Positions 36,401 through 39,519 of a stretch of DNA of 39,519 nt are shown here, piece after piece. Position 1 is the first letter of the stretch. Each line of letters begins with the position of its first letter. The position numbers and the translations under genes are program-made. This stretch comes from Octopus bimaculoides. Taxonomy: Eukaryota. The stretch covers positions 103,711,547-103,751,065 of the forward strand of contig NC_068987.1 of the NCBI RefSeq assembly GCF_001194135.2. The letters run 5' to 3'. The notes under the pieces are model-generated. The model searched no databases. It worked only from the letters and a program-made list of their open reading frames with translations, and was not told the origin of the DNA.

Positions 36401-37694
36401 GACGTCCTCGTCATCTTGTAATCGACATTTTAAAGGTAATAATAACGACGACGGTGTTGAGAAACCTGGTGCTGGTGACGGCGGTGTTTGTGGGACTCGT
36501 TCTCCATAGAATCGCTTCGCTCAAAAGAATCACTTCCTGATCAAATACTTCCGGAAGACAANNNNNNNNNNNNNNNNNNNNNNNNNNNNNNNNNNNNNNN
36601 NNNNNNNNNNNNNNNNNNNNNNNNNNNNNNNNNNNNNNNNNNNNNNNNNNNNNNNNNNNNNNNNNNNNNNNNNNNNNNNNNNNNNNNNNNNNNNNNNNNN
36701 NNNNNNNNNNNNNNNNNNNNNNNNNNNNNNNNNNNNNNNNNNNNNNNNNNNNNNNNNNNNNNNNNNNNNNNNNNNNNNNNNNNNNNNNNNNNNNNNNNNN
36801 NNNNNNNNNNNNNNNNNNNNNNNNNNNNNNNNNNNNNNNNNNNNNNNNNNNNNNNNNNNNNNNNNNNNNNNNNNNNNNNNNNNNNNNNNNNNNNNNNNNN
36901 NNNNNNNNNNNNNNNNNNNNNNNNNNNNNNNNNNNNNNNNNNNNNNNNNNNNNNNNNNNNNNNNNNNNNNNNNNNNNNNNNNNNNNNNNNNNNNNNNNNN
37001 NNNNNNNNNNNNNNNNNNNNNNNNNNNNNNNNNNNNNNNNNNNNNNNNNNNNNNNNNNNNNNNNNNNNNNNNNNNNNNNNNNNNNNNNNNNNNNNNNNNN
37101 NNNNNNNNNNNNNNNNNNNNNGAAGAGGAGGGGTGAAGAGGAGGGGTGAAGAGGAGGGGTGAAGCGGAGGGGGTGAAGAGGAGAGTGGGGGAGGAGGAGG
37201 AGGAGGAGGAGGAGGAGGAGAAGGAGGATTTGCTCGACTTAAAGGCGATGCTCCAGCATGGCCGCAGTCGAATGACTGAAACAAGTGAAAGAGTAAAGGA
37301 GTAAGAGTGAGTTTATATAGCTGTTGATGTTCATGTTGTTGCTTTTGTTGATGTTGCTGTTAAAGATGTTGGCATTATATTGTCGATGTTGATGTTGCTG
37401 ATGATGTTGTCACTGATAAAGTGAGTTATCTTGTCATTAATGACACTGTTGATGTTGCAACTGGTGAATTAATGTTGTTGTTGTTGTTGTTGCTTTTGAT
37501 GCTTTTGATGTTGTTGATGTGGGTGTTATTGAAGTTTTTGATGATGCTCCCGCTGACGTTAACGTTGTTGTTCACGCTGTTGACTTTGCAATTGTTGTTA
37601 TTGTTATGGTGACGTCGATGTTGATGATAATGTTGATGCTGCTGCCGTTGATGATGATGTTGATGTTAATGTTATCAATGTTAATATGATGACA

Positions 37695-38377
37695 TAATCG
37701 ACCGGCCTCCTTCCCAATAATTTCGGGCCTTGTACCTAGACTAGAAAAGAACATGTTCAAAAGGCGGCGAGCTGGCAGAAACGTTAGCACGCCGGGCGAA
37801 ATACTTAGTGGTATTTCGTCTGCCGTAACGTTCTGAGTTCAAATTCCGCCGAGGTCGACTTTGCCTTTCATTCTTTTGGGGGTCGATAAATTAAGTACCA
37901 ATTACGAACTGAGGTAGATATAATCGACTTAATCCGTTTGTCTGTCCTTGTTTGTCCTCTTTATGTTTGGCCCCCTTGTGGGCAATAAAGAAATAAGAAA
38001 CGTTAGTACGCTGGACGAAATGCTTAGAGGCATTTCCTCTGTTTTTGCGTTCAGAGTTCAAAGATCGACTTTGCCTTTCATATTTTCAGCGGTCGATAAA
38101 TAAAGCACCAGTTGCGTATTGTGGTTGATGATAATAATAATTCACAACAACAAAGGCGTCTGGCTGGTAGAACCGTCGGCAGACCGGGGGAGATACTTAC
38201 TTAGCGGCATTTCTTTCGACTTTACGTTCTGACTTTCAAATATTACCGAGGTCGACTTTACTTTTCATGATTTCGGGGTCGATAAAACAATCACCAGTTG
38301 AACAGCGAGATCGACGTAATCGATTAAACACCACCTCACCTGAAATTGCTGGCCTTGTGCCAAAACTCGAAATCAAT
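37695..38377 (+). mobile_element. SINE-A tail plus three head-to-tail SINE-A units
   Basis: Tail 37695-37750, then units at 37761-37994, 37995-~38130 and 38153-38377. Confidence 0.88.
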
Positions 38378-38399
38378 ACTGAGGATAGCTGTACTGCAG

Positions 38400-38900
38400 C
38401 AGCTGTTTCCTCTGCTGCTTTTCATGTTGCTGTTGTTGTTGTCGATGATGGCGTTGTTATTGCAGTTGTTGGTGTTTATGAAATTGTTGGTATTGTTGTT
38501 GTTGTTGGTATGGTGTTGTTATTGATGATTACGCCATTGTTGTAGATATCGATGCTGTTTTTTTTGTTTTTTTTTACTATTGTTTTTATTATATTGATGT
38601 TGATGTTTACGCTGTCGATTTTGTTGTTGATGTTGGTGCTGTGGTTGATGTCATTAACATTGCAATTGTTGCTGTTGATGATGCTGTTGAAACTAATAAG
38701 GTCTGTGTTATCGCTATCGATATGATGACGTCAAAGTTGATAATGTTGTTAATATTTTTTGTTGATGTTCATCACGATGTTGACGCCGTTGTTAAAGTTA
38801 TTCTTATTGTGGTTGTTGTTTATATATATTGTTGTTCATATGGTGTTTGTTGCTGTTATGGCTGATGCTCAGGATGTTACCCTGTTGTCGATATTGTTGT
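38400..38900. repeat. Degenerate (GTT)/(GAT) trinucleotide field; a similar field lies at 37320-37690
   Basis: Direct reading. Confidence 0.8.
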
Positions 38901-39068
38901 TGAAGTAGTTTCTCATTAATCAAGAAAAAGACAGATGACTTGGTAACGAAATATCACCTCTCTGCCAATTTGTTTTCCCTTTCTTGTTCTCTATCTCTCT
39001 CTCTCTCTCTCTATTTATCTATCTATCTCTAGCCGTCTCTCCATCTTTCTCTCTCTCTCTCTTTCTCT

Positions 39069-39099
<31 letters not shown>

Positions 39100-39477
39100 A
39101 TCTATCTATCTTTCTCTCTCTCTCTTTCTATTCTATTGTCTCCAGTTTAATACTTTCTGAATAAAAATAGACTCAATAAAATTGAGACTTTTATTTCAAC
39201 GTGCTTATAAAGTATATCGCAAACCGGTTGACAGTGATTGAAATGAATAAATAAATGAATAAAGAAGGAAAGAAAGAAAGAAAGAAAGAAAGAAAGGAAG
39301 GAAGAAGAATATTCATCGTGATGACAATGAAAAGAACAAGTAAATAAGCCATAAGTAATGGTGAAAAACATATCTGTATGGGTGCGCATATGCGTGTGTG
39401 TGTATGTGTGTGTGCATATATATATGTGTGTGTGTGTGTGTATCTGTATGTACGTATGCATGTATGTATGTATATGA

Positions 39478-39519
<42 letters not shown>

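Noticed and set aside
35887-36509. Acidic, poly-Ser or poly-His ORFs
   Set aside because: These are translations of (GAT)n/(GAA)n repeats with scattered stops.

Overview
Eukaryotic, AT-rich, repeat-saturated draft-assembly DNA with 11 N-gaps, most of them flanked by microsatellites. The repeat families and microsatellite load look like a cephalopod (Octopus-like) genome; this is an inference from recalled repeat content, not a database result. No host protein-coding gene can be supported, and most ORF-track entries are translations of microsatellites or gaps. The window does contain about 20 copies of a tRNA-headed SINE family (called SINE-A here), several other SINE families, a decayed mariner and a mariner MITE, a MULE-like MITE with ~215-bp TIRs and a 9-bp TSD, and a Helitron 3' remnant. 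It also has two R4/Dong-type LINE 3' ends stacked in (TAA)n tracts, a Tx1/L1-type LINE 3' end, and a second long inverted repeat. The most notable observations are: (1) SINE-A 3' tails match the 3' end of the Tx1-like LINE in the same window, suggesting a SINE/LINE partnership; (2) three separate hammerhead-ribozyme-like motifs, one of them repeated in a 62-bp tandem array; (3) a same-strand stack of (TAA)n-associated retroelements, including an unclassified ~550-bp element, sitting at a SINE tail. All alignments were made by eye.
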